In this document: piece after piece, positions 38,066 through 48,465 of the stretch
Layout of the letters: every line of letters starts with the position of its first letter
How positions within the stretch are numbered: the first letter of the stretch is position 1
NCBI GenBank assembly: GCA_963715865.1
Contig: OY970280.1
Location: 32,001 to 96,000 of the forward strand
Origin: Candidatus Bathyarchaeota archaeon
GTDB lineage: Archaea > Thermoproteota > Bathyarchaeia > Bathyarchaeales > Bathycorpusculaceae
Reading direction: 5' to 3'
Length of the DNA stretch: 64,000 bases
The notes under the pieces: generated by a model
Database searches by the model: none
What the model was told of the DNA's origin: nothing
The model's input: only the letters and a program-made list of their open reading frames with translations
Program-made: the position numbers and the translations under genes

Positions 38066-38477
38066 AATAAAGAAAAGTTCTTCATCTGTGTCCTTTTCGC
38101 TTAGTCGATGGTTCCGCAAAATCTCAACAGCCGCGCCTTCAACACTTATAATTACAGTGGTGGGAATTTCGTATGCTTTGTTTATTTTCGGCGGTGGCTT
38201 GTTTACTCTGATTAGTCATCCTCTCCCTTCAGCTTACTATAATGGAAAATTCTATTTCCTCTACCCAAGTCTCAGTTCACAATTCATATCAGACACTGTG
38301 GTTTCGATGATACTGTATGCTCTTGGCTTTATCGGTCTGTTTATTATTTATCAAAGTACAAAGAGCGCTTACAAGCCAAGGCAAGCTTACATGATGCTAG
38401 TCATAGGCGTAACATTTTTGCTTCTAGCATACATATTCTTGGAAGGTGCGATTTCTTTCAAAGCATCTGGAGGTTAA
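38055..38477 (+). CDS. OSTC/DC2 (OST3/OST6-family) oligosaccharyltransferase accessory subunit-like membrane protein
   Basis: Three TMs with PS...GG......P...FL......QFI...S..L..LG..G...IG..LL....K pattern, as recalled for eukaryotic DC2. Confidence 0.7.
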   Translation: MSSKIKKSSSSVSFSLSRWFRKISTAAPSTLIITVVGISYALFIFGGGLFTLISHPLPSAYYNGKFYFLYPSLSSQFISDTVVSMILYALGFIGLFIIYQSTKSAYKPRQAYMMLVIGVTFLLLAYIFLEGAISFKASGG

Positions 38478-38482
38478 CCCTT

Positions 38483-39001
38483 TCACCAAGGGTTACTTTT
38501 TAACTTCATTTTATAAGCCAAGAAATTTGTGAATAAGTGGATAGGCGGAGTGATCAGTAAAACTGTAACTGCCAATTCCCATCTTATCATGACTAAAGGA
38601 ATCGAAAACACGACTGCGCCAACGACAAAGTCAACTTGATCAACTATGGGAAGAAAACCACCAGGGGCAATCCCTAATCTTCTCTTGAAAAAAGCACCTG
38701 CCAAATCGCCCAAAAGGGCACCCAACGGAATAAGCAGACTAAACAATACTGGGTAACTTTGAAAACCAAAAACCAAGCCTTCAACTAACCCCACACCGAT
38801 ACCAACACCCCAACCGAAGAAGAAGCCCCTGAAAGTTTTGTTATTTCCAAAAATTCGTTTTCCGTCGTAAAAGTTCTTTCCGAAATCCATCCGCGTTCCT
38901 CCTCCAGCAAGCACTGGCGTGGCGTTAGCGCAGTAAGCTGGGAAAATAAATTTCACGGCTTCTATGATTAACAGTGTTATTTCCATGTGGCCAACCATCA
39001 T
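38483..39001 (-). CDS. carS: CDP-archaeol synthase
   Basis: PAYCANATPV, DGKRIFGNNKTFRG, GDLAGAFFKRRLG, DQVDF. Confidence 0.95.
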   Translation of the reverse strand: MMVGHMEITLLIIEAVKFIFPAYCANATPVLAGGGTRMDFGKNFYDGKRIFGNNKTFRGFFFGWGVGIGVGLVEGLVFGFQSYPVLFSLLIPLGALLGDLAGAFFKRRLGIAPGGFLPIVDQVDFVVGAVVFSIPLVMIRWELAVTVLLITPPIHLFTNFLAYKMKLKSNPW

Positions 39002-39697
39002 TCGTGGAATTTAGCATCTCTTATTCCGGTTTCACCTATTTGTACATAACAGGTAACTTCTTGCTTGTTTTCCCGTGTTTTTTCAAGAACCGCCTTGATT
39101 GTTTGAGGATAATCGGTAGGTTTCACAGCGATTATTGTGTCAGCCCAGAATTTTAAAACTCTGGTTGCGACGGGCGCAACACTAACATTCAGCTCATCGA
39201 AAACGCTTCGCACTTGGCTTGTTATTATAACGGGGATTTTTCGGATTTTTGCTGTTTGCGCTAAAATAGCTAATTGCCTGTTTAACTCGCGGTTTACGCC
39301 GAAGGCTTTTCCAGACAAATCAGCAACTTTTGCGCCATACAAAGACGTGAAGGTGTCAATTATTATTAAGCCAAAATTTTTTGTGGTGTAATCTTGAATG
39401 CGTTCTATAACTGCCGTTTGCTCCCTGAAATCCTTCGGTTTAATTAAAATGATGCGCTCGGCAACTTCGTCGAATCTGTCTGCTGAAACTTGAGAGAGTC
39501 TTTTAGCGGAAAAAGTGTTGTCGCAGTCAACAAAGAGAGTCTTGTAATTTTGCAACGCGCAACTGACGGCGCATTGTATTGCAAGCGTTGTTTTTCCAGT
39601 TTCGGGTTCACCATAAATTAAGGTAACGCTTTCGGGTGAGATGCCTCCGCCAATGTTGATGTCGATGCATCTGCAGCCTGTGTTCGATTTTAATCAT
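38998..39697 (-). pseudogene. radB: RadB recombination protein with +1 frameshift in the first codons
   Basis: Open frame TGCRCIDINIGGG...IYGEPETGKTTLA...IIIDTFT is preceded by an in-frame TGA; the only nearby ATG (39697) is 700 nt from the stop (233 codons + 1). Confidence 0.85.
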
Positions 39698-39775
39698 GTT
39701 TTTGCACGTCAAGGATTATAAACTTGAAACTAGTATTGTGTTTTGCACTTAAACGTATACTATTAAGGTCGCTTT

Positions 39776-40432
39776 ATGAAAGAAAAAGTTGCGGTGGCAA
39801 CAGTCGAAGGAAAGGCCTACTTTCTAATTGTTAACGAGTTAAGAGAACAAAATATCTCCTTCATAAGTTTGGTTCCAGGTGAGCCAGTGCCTGCCGAGGT
39901 GAAAGTGGTTATGACAACTGAGAAGGAAAAGCAGTTAGTAAAGCATGAAAAAATACTAATCTTCAACAATGAAGGTGAGTTGGATAATTTAGTTAACGAA
40001 GTAAAGAGAATACTTCAAGGGAAAGAAGCCTACGAAAAAATAGTAATCGGCATTGACCCAGGTGAGGCAATTGGGCTGGCAGTAATTGCCGATGGAAAAG
40101 TTATTGAGGAAGGTAACTGCTTTAGCACACAAGAGGTAATTAACAGCATAATTAAGACAATAAGAAACGTTAATTTTTCATTAACTAGCGTTTCTGTTAA
40201 AATTGGGAATGGCGTTCCAGTCTACAAGGAATTACTCGAAGCCTTAGATGATGCTTTACCGCCTCAAGTAGCGCTTGAAGTGGTGGGCGAGGCAGGAACC
40301 AACAGACCCTTAAAAGAGAACAAGCGCAGCCGAGGAATCAGACATATTTCTTCAGCCATACAAATAGCTGGAAGAACAGGCTATATTATTCAAAGGAGGA
40401 AGGCAATTGCAACAAACAGTCGAATCCAATAG
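39776..40432 (+). CDS. Hypothetical protein with C-terminal RNase H-like (YqgF/RuvC-type) domain
   Basis: IVIGIDPGEAIGLAVI strand motif; overlaps the clp1 gene. Confidence 0.65.
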   Translation: MKEKVAVATVEGKAYFLIVNELREQNISFISLVPGEPVPAEVKVVMTTEKEKQLVKHEKILIFNNEGELDNLVNEVKRILQGKEAYEKIVIGIDPGEAIGLAVIADGKVIEEGNCFSTQEVINSIIKTIRNVNFSLTSVSVKIGNGVPVYKELLEALDDALPPQVALEVVGEAGTNRPLKENKRSRGIRHISSAIQIAGRTGYIIQRRKAIATNSRIQ

Positions 40433-41489
40433 AACACTGTTAGTGGATGGTCCAGCATCTGTACAGGTTGTTTCTGGCAAGGCTGAAGTATTCGGTTACC
40501 AAGTAAAACAAACCGCAAGAATTTTAGTTCGTGAAGGCAAGCGACTGCCATTCTTTGTCCTTGAAAAAGCAGTTTTTGACGTTTCGTTAGGAGCGAACGC
40601 AAGCATTGAAGAAGTTGCTGGCAGCACAATTCCAGAGTCATGGAATAAACCTCTTGAAGCGGTTTTGAGCGTGCAGAAGAAGCCGGTGATTGTTTTGCTT
40701 TTGGGGAAAATTGATTCTGGAAAAAGCAGTTTCTGCACTTACTTAGTAAACAAGTTAGTTAACGAAAAATGTAGAGTAGCTGTTTTAGATGGCGATTTAG
40801 GTCAATCAGATATCGGTCCCTCAGGCACGGTGGGTTACGCCTTAGCTTCCAAGCCGGTGAGGGAATTGTATGATTTAAAATTGGAGAACGCTTTTTTTGT
40901 GGGTGTTACCTCGCCGATACTAGCAATAGCTAAAACAATTGAAGGCTTAGCTGCTATGAAGGCTGAGATTTTGGAGAGACCGGTCGATTTTGTGGTGGTT
41001 AATACTGATGGTTGGGTTACAGACGATGTTGCTGTAAGATATAAAACGCAATTAATCAAAGAGCTTAACCCTGACGTTACAGTTGGCGTTCAAGTAGAGG
41101 ATGAACTTGCGCCTCTGATTGCTAACCTAGAAAAAACCCCTATAATTGTAGTAGAACCCTCTGCTTCTCTTAAGCAGCGGAGCGCAGAAAAACGCAAAAG
41201 CCTGCGAGAAATGAGTTACGCAAGGTATTTGAAAGATGCAAAGTTGCAATGTTATCCCATTAGCCAATTGGTAATTGAAGAAAAATCGGCTCTACCGAAA
41301 AATGAAGATGCAGAAAAAGGATTACTTGTCGGGTTATATCGGAGCAAATTTTTAGGAATCGGTGTCTTGCGTGAAATTAATCAGGTAAGAAAAGCGTTAA
41401 AAGTTCAAACTGCAATTTCTGCTAAGCCGTCAAGGATTGTTATAGGAAGAGTTTTGTTAGATGATAAGCTTCGAGAAATTCAGGATTGA
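40407..41489 (+). CDS. clp1: Clp1/Nol9-like polynucleotide 5-prime-hydroxyl kinase
   Basis: GKIDSGKSS, DGDLGQSDIGP, VNTDGW, R.S..RK..RE lid. Confidence 0.9.
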   Translation: MQQTVESNRTLLVDGPASVQVVSGKAEVFGYQVKQTARILVREGKRLPFFVLEKAVFDVSLGANASIEEVAGSTIPESWNKPLEAVLSVQKKPVIVLLLGKIDSGKSSFCTYLVNKLVNEKCRVAVLDGDLGQSDIGPSGTVGYALASKPVRELYDLKLENAFFVGVTSPILAIAKTIEGLAAMKAEILERPVDFVVVNTDGWVTDDVAVRYKTQLIKELNPDVTVGVQVEDELAPLIANLEKTPIIVVEPSASLKQRSAEKRKSLREMSYARYLKDAKLQCYPISQLVIEEKSALPKNEDAEKGLLVGLYRSKFLGIGVLREINQVRKALKVQTAISAKPSRIVIGRVLLDDKLREIQD

Positions 41490-43414
41490 ATTTTGAAGAA
41501 ATTGCTTATTTCCCCAGCTAAAACGCCTTTGCCGTCAGGTAAAACCTTCATACCATTGCTAATCCATGATGGCAGGAAACTGCGGCAGTAATTTGTGGCA
41601 AAACGGTAATCTAAAAAGACAATGGCGCCTCGATCATCCAGCGTTCGTATGGGTCTGCCTGCGGCTTGAGAAGCCCGCTTCATAGCGGGCAAAACATAAC
41701 CGTATTCGCGCCCAAGCCCTGGAAAACATTTCTCATAATAATCAATCTGCGCTTTCACCCTCGGCGTCGGCTCCGCATACGGAACACCTACGACTATTAC
41801 AGAGTTCATTTGGTTGCCTGGAAAGTCCACGCCTTCCGAGGTTCTTCCTCCTTGAACACCGAGGAACACGGCGCCGTTTCGGTCGCCGCATGCTTTGAAG
41901 TCTGAGACCATTTTCTCGTTTGCTTTAGAAGTCATACCTCTTCGCTCATGAAATAGGGGTTTTTCTAAAATATTCTCCAGGCCTTCGGAGACCAGAGCGT
42001 TTAGTACTTCGAATGAGGCAGCGAAAATTCCAGTGTTGGTCGGAGTATTCTCTACTACCTCGTTTATTCGTTGTATGATTGTTTGGTACATTGCTGGGGT
42101 TCTTTTTTCCATGGATGTGGTGACGCCGAGGGAAACGGCTGAGAACACGTGTTCTTTTGGAAACGGCGATGGCACAATGCATTTCACAGTGCTTTGTGGC
42201 AGTTTTGTTATTCGTGCGTAAGCTTCCAGCGGCTGAAGAGTACCCGACATTATAACGTTAGCATAAGTTGATGAGAAAACAGGTTCAGTAATTTTCGATG
42301 GGTCCAGTGCAACAATTTCTAGTTTTGCTGTTTTATTTTTTTCTTTGTTGAGATAGCGACTTGCGACGTTTATGTATGAGTTGTCGCCTAAGGTTTCAAG
42401 CCATTTTAGCAGGAAATCGCCCATTGCATGGACATAGGAGCGTGGGTTTTTTCCCTCTGTCAACAAACTCTTCTTAATTGCACTGCCTGCTTCATGCAAG
42501 TGTTCAAAGAATTCTCTGGGATTAGAGACATTGCCCTGCTTTTGAATGATTTCAATAATTCTATCTGGCGAGATTATTTCTTCTCTGTAAACCTGGTCGG
42601 TTAATTTTTCCACTTCAGTTCTAAAAAATTGGGCAAAATTCTCAATGTCTTTGTTGCCGAACCTGTTGGCTTCTAATTCTGCCTGCTTCATCACAAAAAG
42701 CGATAGGGTGCTGCTTGAGATGTCAATAGCTGTCTCAGGCAAGTTATGCGCTTCGTCAACGATTAAAATTATTTTTTGCAGTTCTGATTCAAGATTTTTC
42801 AGAAATGCTGTTCGAATCACGGGGTCGAAAACGTACAGGTAGCTTAAGGCAACTACTTTGGCATCTGATAAAGCAGACTTCACAAGTTCGTATGGGCAGA
42901 TTTCTTTTTTCTTGCATATTCTAAGAATTTCAGACGCCATATATGGACGAGCTGCGACTTGCTGTTGAAGTTGAAGGTAATCGTAGGTTCGCTCGTCCAC
43001 GTTAATGTAGTAAGGGCATCTGCTTTTGGCTTTCAGTAACTCACAAACTTCCATCATTGACTTTGAGTCAAAAGCGCCTTTAGCAGCGAAAACGTTAAGG
43101 CACATTTCATTGCGCCCGCGAATGGAAACGCCTGCAACTGGGTGCTTCTTGTATATTGCTCTTAATTCTTCTATAACGCGGTCATGCTGCCGATGAGTCC
43201 GCGCCACATAAAGTATTTTCAAGTTTTTCTCGATGGCAACTGGTAAGCAAGCGGAAAGAGCTGAAATGGTTTTTCCCAACCCGTTGCTGCCTTCAATGAG
43301 TACAGAACGTCTCTCATGTACAGCGTTGAAAACCGTGTTCACAAACTCATCTTGATGGGGACGCACACTAGAGTAAGGGAAATACTCTGTAACTTCAGAA
43401 GGTAGCTTAATCAT
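41480..43414 (-). CDS. xpd: XPD/Rad3/DinG family helicase
   Basis: GSNGLGKT, FeS-domain cysteines, DEAH, SGTL, SEGVDF, QAAGRPIR. Confidence 0.93.
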   Translation of the reverse strand: MIKLPSEVTEYFPYSSVRPHQDEFVNTVFNAVHERRSVLIEGSNGLGKTISALSACLPVAIEKNLKILYVARTHRQHDRVIEELRAIYKKHPVAGVSIRGRNEMCLNVFAAKGAFDSKSMMEVCELLKAKSRCPYYINVDERTYDYLQLQQQVAARPYMASEILRICKKKEICPYELVKSALSDAKVVALSYLYVFDPVIRTAFLKNLESELQKIILIVDEAHNLPETAIDISSSTLSLFVMKQAELEANRFGNKDIENFAQFFRTEVEKLTDQVYREEIISPDRIIEIIQKQGNVSNPREFFEHLHEAGSAIKKSLLTEGKNPRSYVHAMGDFLLKWLETLGDNSYINVASRYLNKEKNKTAKLEIVALDPSKITEPVFSSTYANVIMSGTLQPLEAYARITKLPQSTVKCIVPSPFPKEHVFSAVSLGVTTSMEKRTPAMYQTIIQRINEVVENTPTNTGIFAASFEVLNALVSEGLENILEKPLFHERRGMTSKANEKMVSDFKACGDRNGAVFLGVQGGRTSEGVDFPGNQMNSVIVVGVPYAEPTPRVKAQIDYYEKCFPGLGREYGYVLPAMKRASQAAGRPIRTLDDRGAIVFLDYRFATNYCRSFLPSWISNGMKVLPDGKGVLAGEISNFFKIQS

Positions 43415-44081
43415 TTTTATCCCCTAAACCATTTGAAGGACAGTAATTGTACACCGGGCATTCAATGCAATGGGGCTGTCTTGCTTTACAGTATTTTCTG
43501 CCATGCGCAATCAACAGCAAATGAACTGCTAAGTAATCTTTCGGTTGAAAAAGCGACTGAAGACTCAAGCGTACAGCTTCGTAATTGCCGTTTGCGGGCG
43601 CTAAACCAAGTCGCTTGGTCACACGGTTCACATGTGTATCCACGGGAATGGTGGGTTGGTTTGCTGAGAAGAGCAAGACAACATCCGCTGTTTTCGGCCC
43701 GACTCCGGGCAGTTCAGTGAGCATTTTTCTTGCCTCACCTAAAGGTAAAGATAAAATAGGCGCTAGTGAACCGTGAAATTTTTCCAGAATAATTTTTGAG
43801 GCAGTCTGTATTGTTTTAGCTTTGCTCTTGTAGAGACCGCCAACTCGAAGGCAAGCTTCAATCCTGCTTATTTCAGCATTTGCCAGCACTTCAGGCGTTA
43901 TTTCGAACTGCTTCGAGAGGTTTTCGAAGGCTCTCGCAGTATTGCGGTCAGCGGTGTTCTGTGAAATAATCGTTATAACTAAGGTTTCGAAGGGGTCCTT
44001 TTTTGATTTAACAAATTTAGGCATGTCTATGGTGTCTTGTAATTTTTGCAAGATTGTTGCGGCGCGAGTTTCAGTCGTCAT
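43407..44081 (-). CDS. nth: Endonuclease III
   Basis: HhH LPGVGPKTA, VDTHV, C-x6-C-x2-C-x5-C; start refined to MTTETRA. Confidence 0.93.
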   Translation of the reverse strand: MTTETRAATILQKLQDTIDMPKFVKSKKDPFETLVITIISQNTADRNTARAFENLSKQFEITPEVLANAEISRIEACLRVGGLYKSKAKTIQTASKIILEKFHGSLAPILSLPLGEARKMLTELPGVGPKTADVVLLFSANQPTIPVDTHVNRVTKRLGLAPANGNYEAVRLSLQSLFQPKDYLAVHLLLIAHGRKYCKARQPHCIECPVYNYCPSNGLGDKND

Positions 44082-44369
44082 CTTTTGGTCTTCGTCCCTC
44101 TCGAAAATCTTGCCAAAATATTGATTGGTCAAGCTATTAAATACCATCTGTGCGAAAAGGCTGAATGACAAACGGTCCCCTAATGGTCACGTTATGACAA
44201 CGTTAAAACAAGGCTTATGGAAATGCAGGTTTTCATGTTTTCAACGTTAGAATCAACCTCAAACCCTTGGAGCGTTGGAAAACGGAATTTGCTTTTATAG
44301 GAAAGGTTTTTAGTGTAGTTATTATATGAGACTGTGAAAAAGTGTATAGTGTAAAGTGAGGTTAACATT

Positions 44370-45098
44370 ATGTCAGTGTTTGCAGCACCAGGTGCATATG
44401 ACCGTGCAATAACCGTTTTCTCGCCTGACGGACGACTCTTCCAAGTCGAATACGCAATGGAGTTAGTGAATCGTGGAGCCACGATTTTAGGCATCCAAAG
44501 TCCAGAAGGACTTGTTCTTGGTTCCGAAGAAAACATCGAAGTCCTTGAAGAAGCAGGTTACTCGTGGAAAATCTTCAGGGTAGACGACCACATTGGCGCA
44601 GCAATAGTTGGTTTAAGCTCAGACGCCAGAATACTTATCGATCAAGCCAGGATATACGCTCAAAGTAACAAATTAACCTACGATGAACCCATCGATGTAG
44701 AAGTCGTAACCAAACGCATATGTGACATCCAACAAATGTACACGCAACATGCAGGTGTAAGACCCTTCGGAGTTTCAATAATTTTCGGAGGAGTCGACAA
44801 AACAGGAACAAGAGTTTTCGGGACACATCCAAGCGGAACCTACAGAGGATACAAAGCAACAGCTTTAGGCGCAGGAAGAGAAACCGTCCTACCAGTTCTA
44901 AAGGAAGAATACGTCGAAGGCATGACTTTGGAAAAAAGCATTAAACTCGCAGTAAAATGCTTAGTAAAAGCCCTAGAAGCAAGGCAGTTGCCGCCAAGAA
45001 TAAAGATTGCAATCATACCTACAGCAACTAAGAAAATGGAAATGTTAAACGACGACACTGTAGAAGGTTACATCAAAGAGCTGGGTTCAAGCAAGTGA
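44370..45098 (+). CDS. psmA: Proteasome alpha subunit
   Basis: YDRAITVFSPDGRLFQVEYA; RPFGVS. Confidence 0.97.
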   Translation: MSVFAAPGAYDRAITVFSPDGRLFQVEYAMELVNRGATILGIQSPEGLVLGSEENIEVLEEAGYSWKIFRVDDHIGAAIVGLSSDARILIDQARIYAQSNKLTYDEPIDVEVVTKRICDIQQMYTQHAGVRPFGVSIIFGGVDKTGTRVFGTHPSGTYRGYKATALGAGRETVLPVLKEEYVEGMTLEKSIKLAVKCLVKALEARQLPPRIKIAIIPTATKKMEMLNDDTVEGYIKELGSSK

Positions 45099-45105
45099 AA
45101 ACTCG

Positions 45106-45795
45106 ATGAGTGAAAAGTTCACCGTTGCACGTTTAACAAAAGAAAACGAGCATTTTGAAATTCTAGTAAAACCCCAAAAAGCACTGGATTACCGCAACGG
45201 CAAGATTTCAGGAATAACCGATGTTTTAGCCGCTGAAATAATTTTTTCTGACGCAAACAAAGGCACCAAAGTTTCCGAGGAAGCAATGCGCAAAGCCTTC
45301 GGAACCACAGACCAATTAATAATTGCTGACATGATACTGAAGAAAGGAACGCTTCAACTTACAACTGAACAAAGACGCAAAATGATCGAAGACAAAAGAA
45401 GACAAATAATCGATTTTATCGCAAGACAAGCAGTTGACCCGAAAACAAATCTGCCGCATCCTCCAATGCGCATCGAGAATGCGATGGAGCAAATCCGTTA
45501 CCCAATTGACCCGTACAAGCCAGTGGAAGAACAAGCCAAAGAAATAGTAAAACTGTTGCGACCTATTTTGCCGTTAAAGATAGAGCAAATAACAGTCGCA
45601 GTGAAAATACCTGCCCAATACTCAGCAAGAGCTTACGGATCTGTCAAAACTTTGGGCACTATAAAACGGGAAGAATGGCGTGGAGATGGCTCATGGTATG
45701 GCGAATTAGAATTGCCTGCTGGATCATACGCCTCGTTGCTAAACAAACTTGGCGACGTAACTAAGGGAAGTGGAGAAGCAAAAATAATCTCTTAA
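45106..45795 (+). CDS. sdo1: Ribosome maturation factor SBDS/Sdo1
   Basis: HFEILV, IFSDANKG, HPPMRIENA. Confidence 0.95.
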   Translation: MSEKFTVARLTKENEHFEILVKPQKALDYRNGKISGITDVLAAEIIFSDANKGTKVSEEAMRKAFGTTDQLIIADMILKKGTLQLTTEQRRKMIEDKRRQIIDFIARQAVDPKTNLPHPPMRIENAMEQIRYPIDPYKPVEEQAKEIVKLLRPILPLKIEQITVAVKIPAQYSARAYGSVKTLGTIKREEWRGDGSWYGELELPAGSYASLLNKLGDVTKGSGEAKIIS

Positions 45796-45823
45796 AAAAG
45801 TAAAAAAAGGATAGGTGAAAATT

Positions 45824-46534
45824 ATGCCAATATTCTTTGAAAAAAAACAGCTTGTAACGCCAGGAGAATTGCTTGCTGAAGGCGATTATTTAGCTGGCGA
45901 AAACACGTATATGGAAGGAAACAAAATTTGCGCCGCAAGAATTGGACTTGTGGATACTGATAATAAAAAAGTAAATGTTGTTGCACTTCGGGCTTTTTAT
46001 GTGCCTAAAGTAGGTGACATCGTGATAGGAACAGTCGTAGAAGTTGGTTTTAACGGCTGGACAGTTGATATTAAATCACCCTACTCAGCGCTCCTACGTG
46101 CATCAGACGTTTTAAGCAGGCCTTTCAAGCCTCAAAACGACGAGTTATCCCAAGTTCTGAACGCTGGAGACTTGATTGTCGCAAAAATCGCTTCGTATGA
46201 TAGAGCTCACGACCCACAGCTTACTGTTGGAGAGCCAGGTTTGGGAAAAATAACTCGTGGGCAAATTCTTAGGGTGACACCTACAAAGATTCCTCGTGTA
46301 ATCGGTAGAAAAGGCTCAATGATTTCCATGATAAAACAGGAAACAGGTTGCCAAATTATTTTGGGGCTTAACGGTGTCATTTTGGTCACTGGGAAAAGCG
46401 TGGAAGACGAGGAACTTGCTATAGAAGCGATTAAAAAAATTGATCAGGAATCCCACACGAGTGGCCTAACAGATCGTATCACACAGTTGCTTAAAGAAAA
46501 GAAAGTTAAAGTGGAGGAAAATAAGAATGAATGA
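45824..46534 (+). CDS. rrp4: Exosome RNA-binding subunit Rrp4
   Basis: VTPGE, S1 domain, KH domain ([11 protein letters not shown]). Confidence 0.95.
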   Translation: MPIFFEKKQLVTPGELLAEGDYLAGENTYMEGNKICAARIGLVDTDNKKVNVVALRAFYVPKVGDIVIGTVVEVGFNGWTVDIKSPYSALLRASDVLSRPFKPQNDELSQVLNAGDLIVAKIASYDRAHDPQLTVGEPGLGKITRGQILRVTPTKIPRVIGRKGSMISMIKQETGCQIILGLNGVILVTGKSVEDEELAIEAIKKIDQESHTSGLTDRITQLLKEKKVKVEENKNE

Positions 46535-47261
46535 GAAAACTGAAAAATTAATTGATAAAAAAGGTATCCGATTGGATGGTAGAAAAGCAGATGAACTTCG
46601 ACCCTTAAAACTTCAAGTAGGCGTTTTATCAAACGCTGATGGATCAGCCTATATTGAACATGGAAAAAACAAGATTTTAGCCGCAGCGTTCGGTCCAAGA
46701 GAAATGCATCCAAAGCATCTGGCTATGCAAGACCGTATGGTTTTGAGGTGCCGTTATCACATGGCTCCCTTTTCAGTGCAGGAACGCAAATCACCTGCGC
46801 CTTCAAGAAGGGAAGTTGAGCTTTCAAAAGTGATAAAGGAGTCTTTGGAACCAGCGTTGTTCTTGGAGCTTTATCCACGGACAGGTGTTGACGTTTTTGT
46901 TGAAGTACTACAGGCTGACGGTGGAACACGTTGTGCAAGCATTACTGCTGCTGCACTAGCCATTGCTGACTCGGGTGTTCCAATGCGTGATTTAGTTGTT
47001 GCTTGCGCAGCTGGAAAAGTCGATGACACCATTGTTTTGGACTTGTATGATGCTGAGGACAAGCTTGGTGCTGCAGATGTTCCAGTAGCTTTTATGCCTA
47101 ATTTGAATGCGATTACGCTGCTTCAGATGGATGGTATACTTACGCCTGAAGAATTTGAGAAAGCGGTGAACATGGCGATGGATGGATGCAAGAAAATCTA
47201 TGAGATGCAGAAGGAAGCTTTAAAGACTAAGTACATGGTTGTTAAGGAGGTTGAAGAGTAA
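46527..47261 (+). CDS. rrp41: Exosome exonuclease Rrp41
   Basis: [21 protein letters not shown]. Confidence 0.96.
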   Translation: MNEKTEKLIDKKGIRLDGRKADELRPLKLQVGVLSNADGSAYIEHGKNKILAAAFGPREMHPKHLAMQDRMVLRCRYHMAPFSVQERKSPAPSRREVELSKVIKESLEPALFLELYPRTGVDVFVEVLQADGGTRCASITAAALAIADSGVPMRDLVVACAAGKVDDTIVLDLYDAEDKLGAADVPVAFMPNLNAITLLQMDGILTPEEFEKAVNMAMDGCKKIYEMQKEALKTKYMVVKEVEE

Positions 47262-48052
47262 TGTCGTCGCTTGTTACTCGTGTTAGACTAAAGCAGATTG
47301 AGCAGCTTATTGAAAAAGGAAAACGGCTAGATGAACGAGGTTTACACGATTACAGAGAAATCAAGATCGAGCAGGGTTTGATTGAGCGCGCTGAAGGTTC
47401 AGCTAGAGTTTTGCTTGGCAAGACAGAGGTTCTTGTAGGCGTAAAAGTTGAAACTGGCGAACCATTCCCAGACACACCAAACGAAGGTGTACAAACAGTT
47501 AACGCTGAGCTTGTACCGTTAGCATCACCTAATTTCGAACCAGGACCACCTGACGAAAACTCGATTGAGTTAGCAAGAGTTGTTGACAGAGGCATCCGTG
47601 AGTCAAAAGCTATTGATACTGAAAAATTATGCATTGAGCCTGGGCAGAAAGTGTTCGTTGTCTTCGTTGACGTTTACGTGCTAAATCATGATGGAAACTT
47701 GATTGATGCTTCTGCGTTGGCTGCTATGGCTGCTTTGTTGAATACTAAAATGCCTAATTACGAAATCAAAGATGGCGAACTGAAGATTAAACAAGGGTAC
47801 ACTCCGTTACCGATGAAAAGTCACCCAATAACGGTTACAATTGGGAAGATTAACAATTATTTGATTGTTGACCCTTGGCTGGAAGAAGAGCAAGTTATGG
47901 ACTCGCGAATTTCATTTGCTTTCAATGACGACGGTAATATTTGTGCAATTCAGAAGGGTGGCTCAGGCTATTTCACACCGCAACAGATTTTAGAAGCATC
48001 GAAGATTGCTCGGGAGAAAGCAGCTGAACTGCGCAAGAAGCTTGATTGGTGA
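47261..48052 (+). CDS. rrp42: Exosome subunit Rrp42
   Basis: RLDERG..YR, AEGSARV, DGNLID. Confidence 0.96.
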   Translation: MSSLVTRVRLKQIEQLIEKGKRLDERGLHDYREIKIEQGLIERAEGSARVLLGKTEVLVGVKVETGEPFPDTPNEGVQTVNAELVPLASPNFEPGPPDENSIELARVVDRGIRESKAIDTEKLCIEPGQKVFVVFVDVYVLNHDGNLIDASALAAMAALLNTKMPNYEIKDGELKIKQGYTPLPMKSHPITVTIGKINNYLIVDPWLEEEQVMDSRISFAFNDDGNICAIQKGGSGYFTPQQILEASKIAREKAAELRKKLDW

Positions 48053-48387
48053 AAAAGTTGCCGAAAACAAAGAAGGTTGGTCCAACACGAGGTTTAGGTC
48101 CACGTTACGGTTCGACAGTCAGGAAACGCTATATCAAAGTGATTACTGAACTCAAAAGGCCGCATAAATGCCCAAACTGCGGCTTTGTGAGAGTACGGCG
48201 TGAGAGCGTTGGCGTTTGGAAATGCAAAAAATGTAATTTCACTTTCGCTGGCGGAGCTTACACTCCAATGACTAAGCTGGGTGTTGTGGCTAGGCGTGCA
48301 GCTAAAGGTTTGCCCGTAGAGGAAGCGGCAAAAGAAGCGGCAAAGGCTGCTGCTGTTGAGCCGGCAACTAAAGAAGAAACCGAGTAA
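48049..48387 (+). CDS. rpl37ae: 50S ribosomal protein L37Ae (eL43)
   Basis: GPRYGSTVRK, CPNC...CKKC, GGAY. Confidence 0.95.
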   Translation: MKKLPKTKKVGPTRGLGPRYGSTVRKRYIKVITELKRPHKCPNCGFVRVRRESVGVWKCKKCNFTFAGGAYTPMTKLGVVARRAAKGLPVEEAAKEAAKAAAVEPATKEETE

Positions 48388-48465
48388 CCTCTTCTTTAAT
48401 TTTTATTTTTTGTTAGATTTTGTTTATTACTTTGAACTCCGTGTTTTAGCATAGGGAATGCTAAA

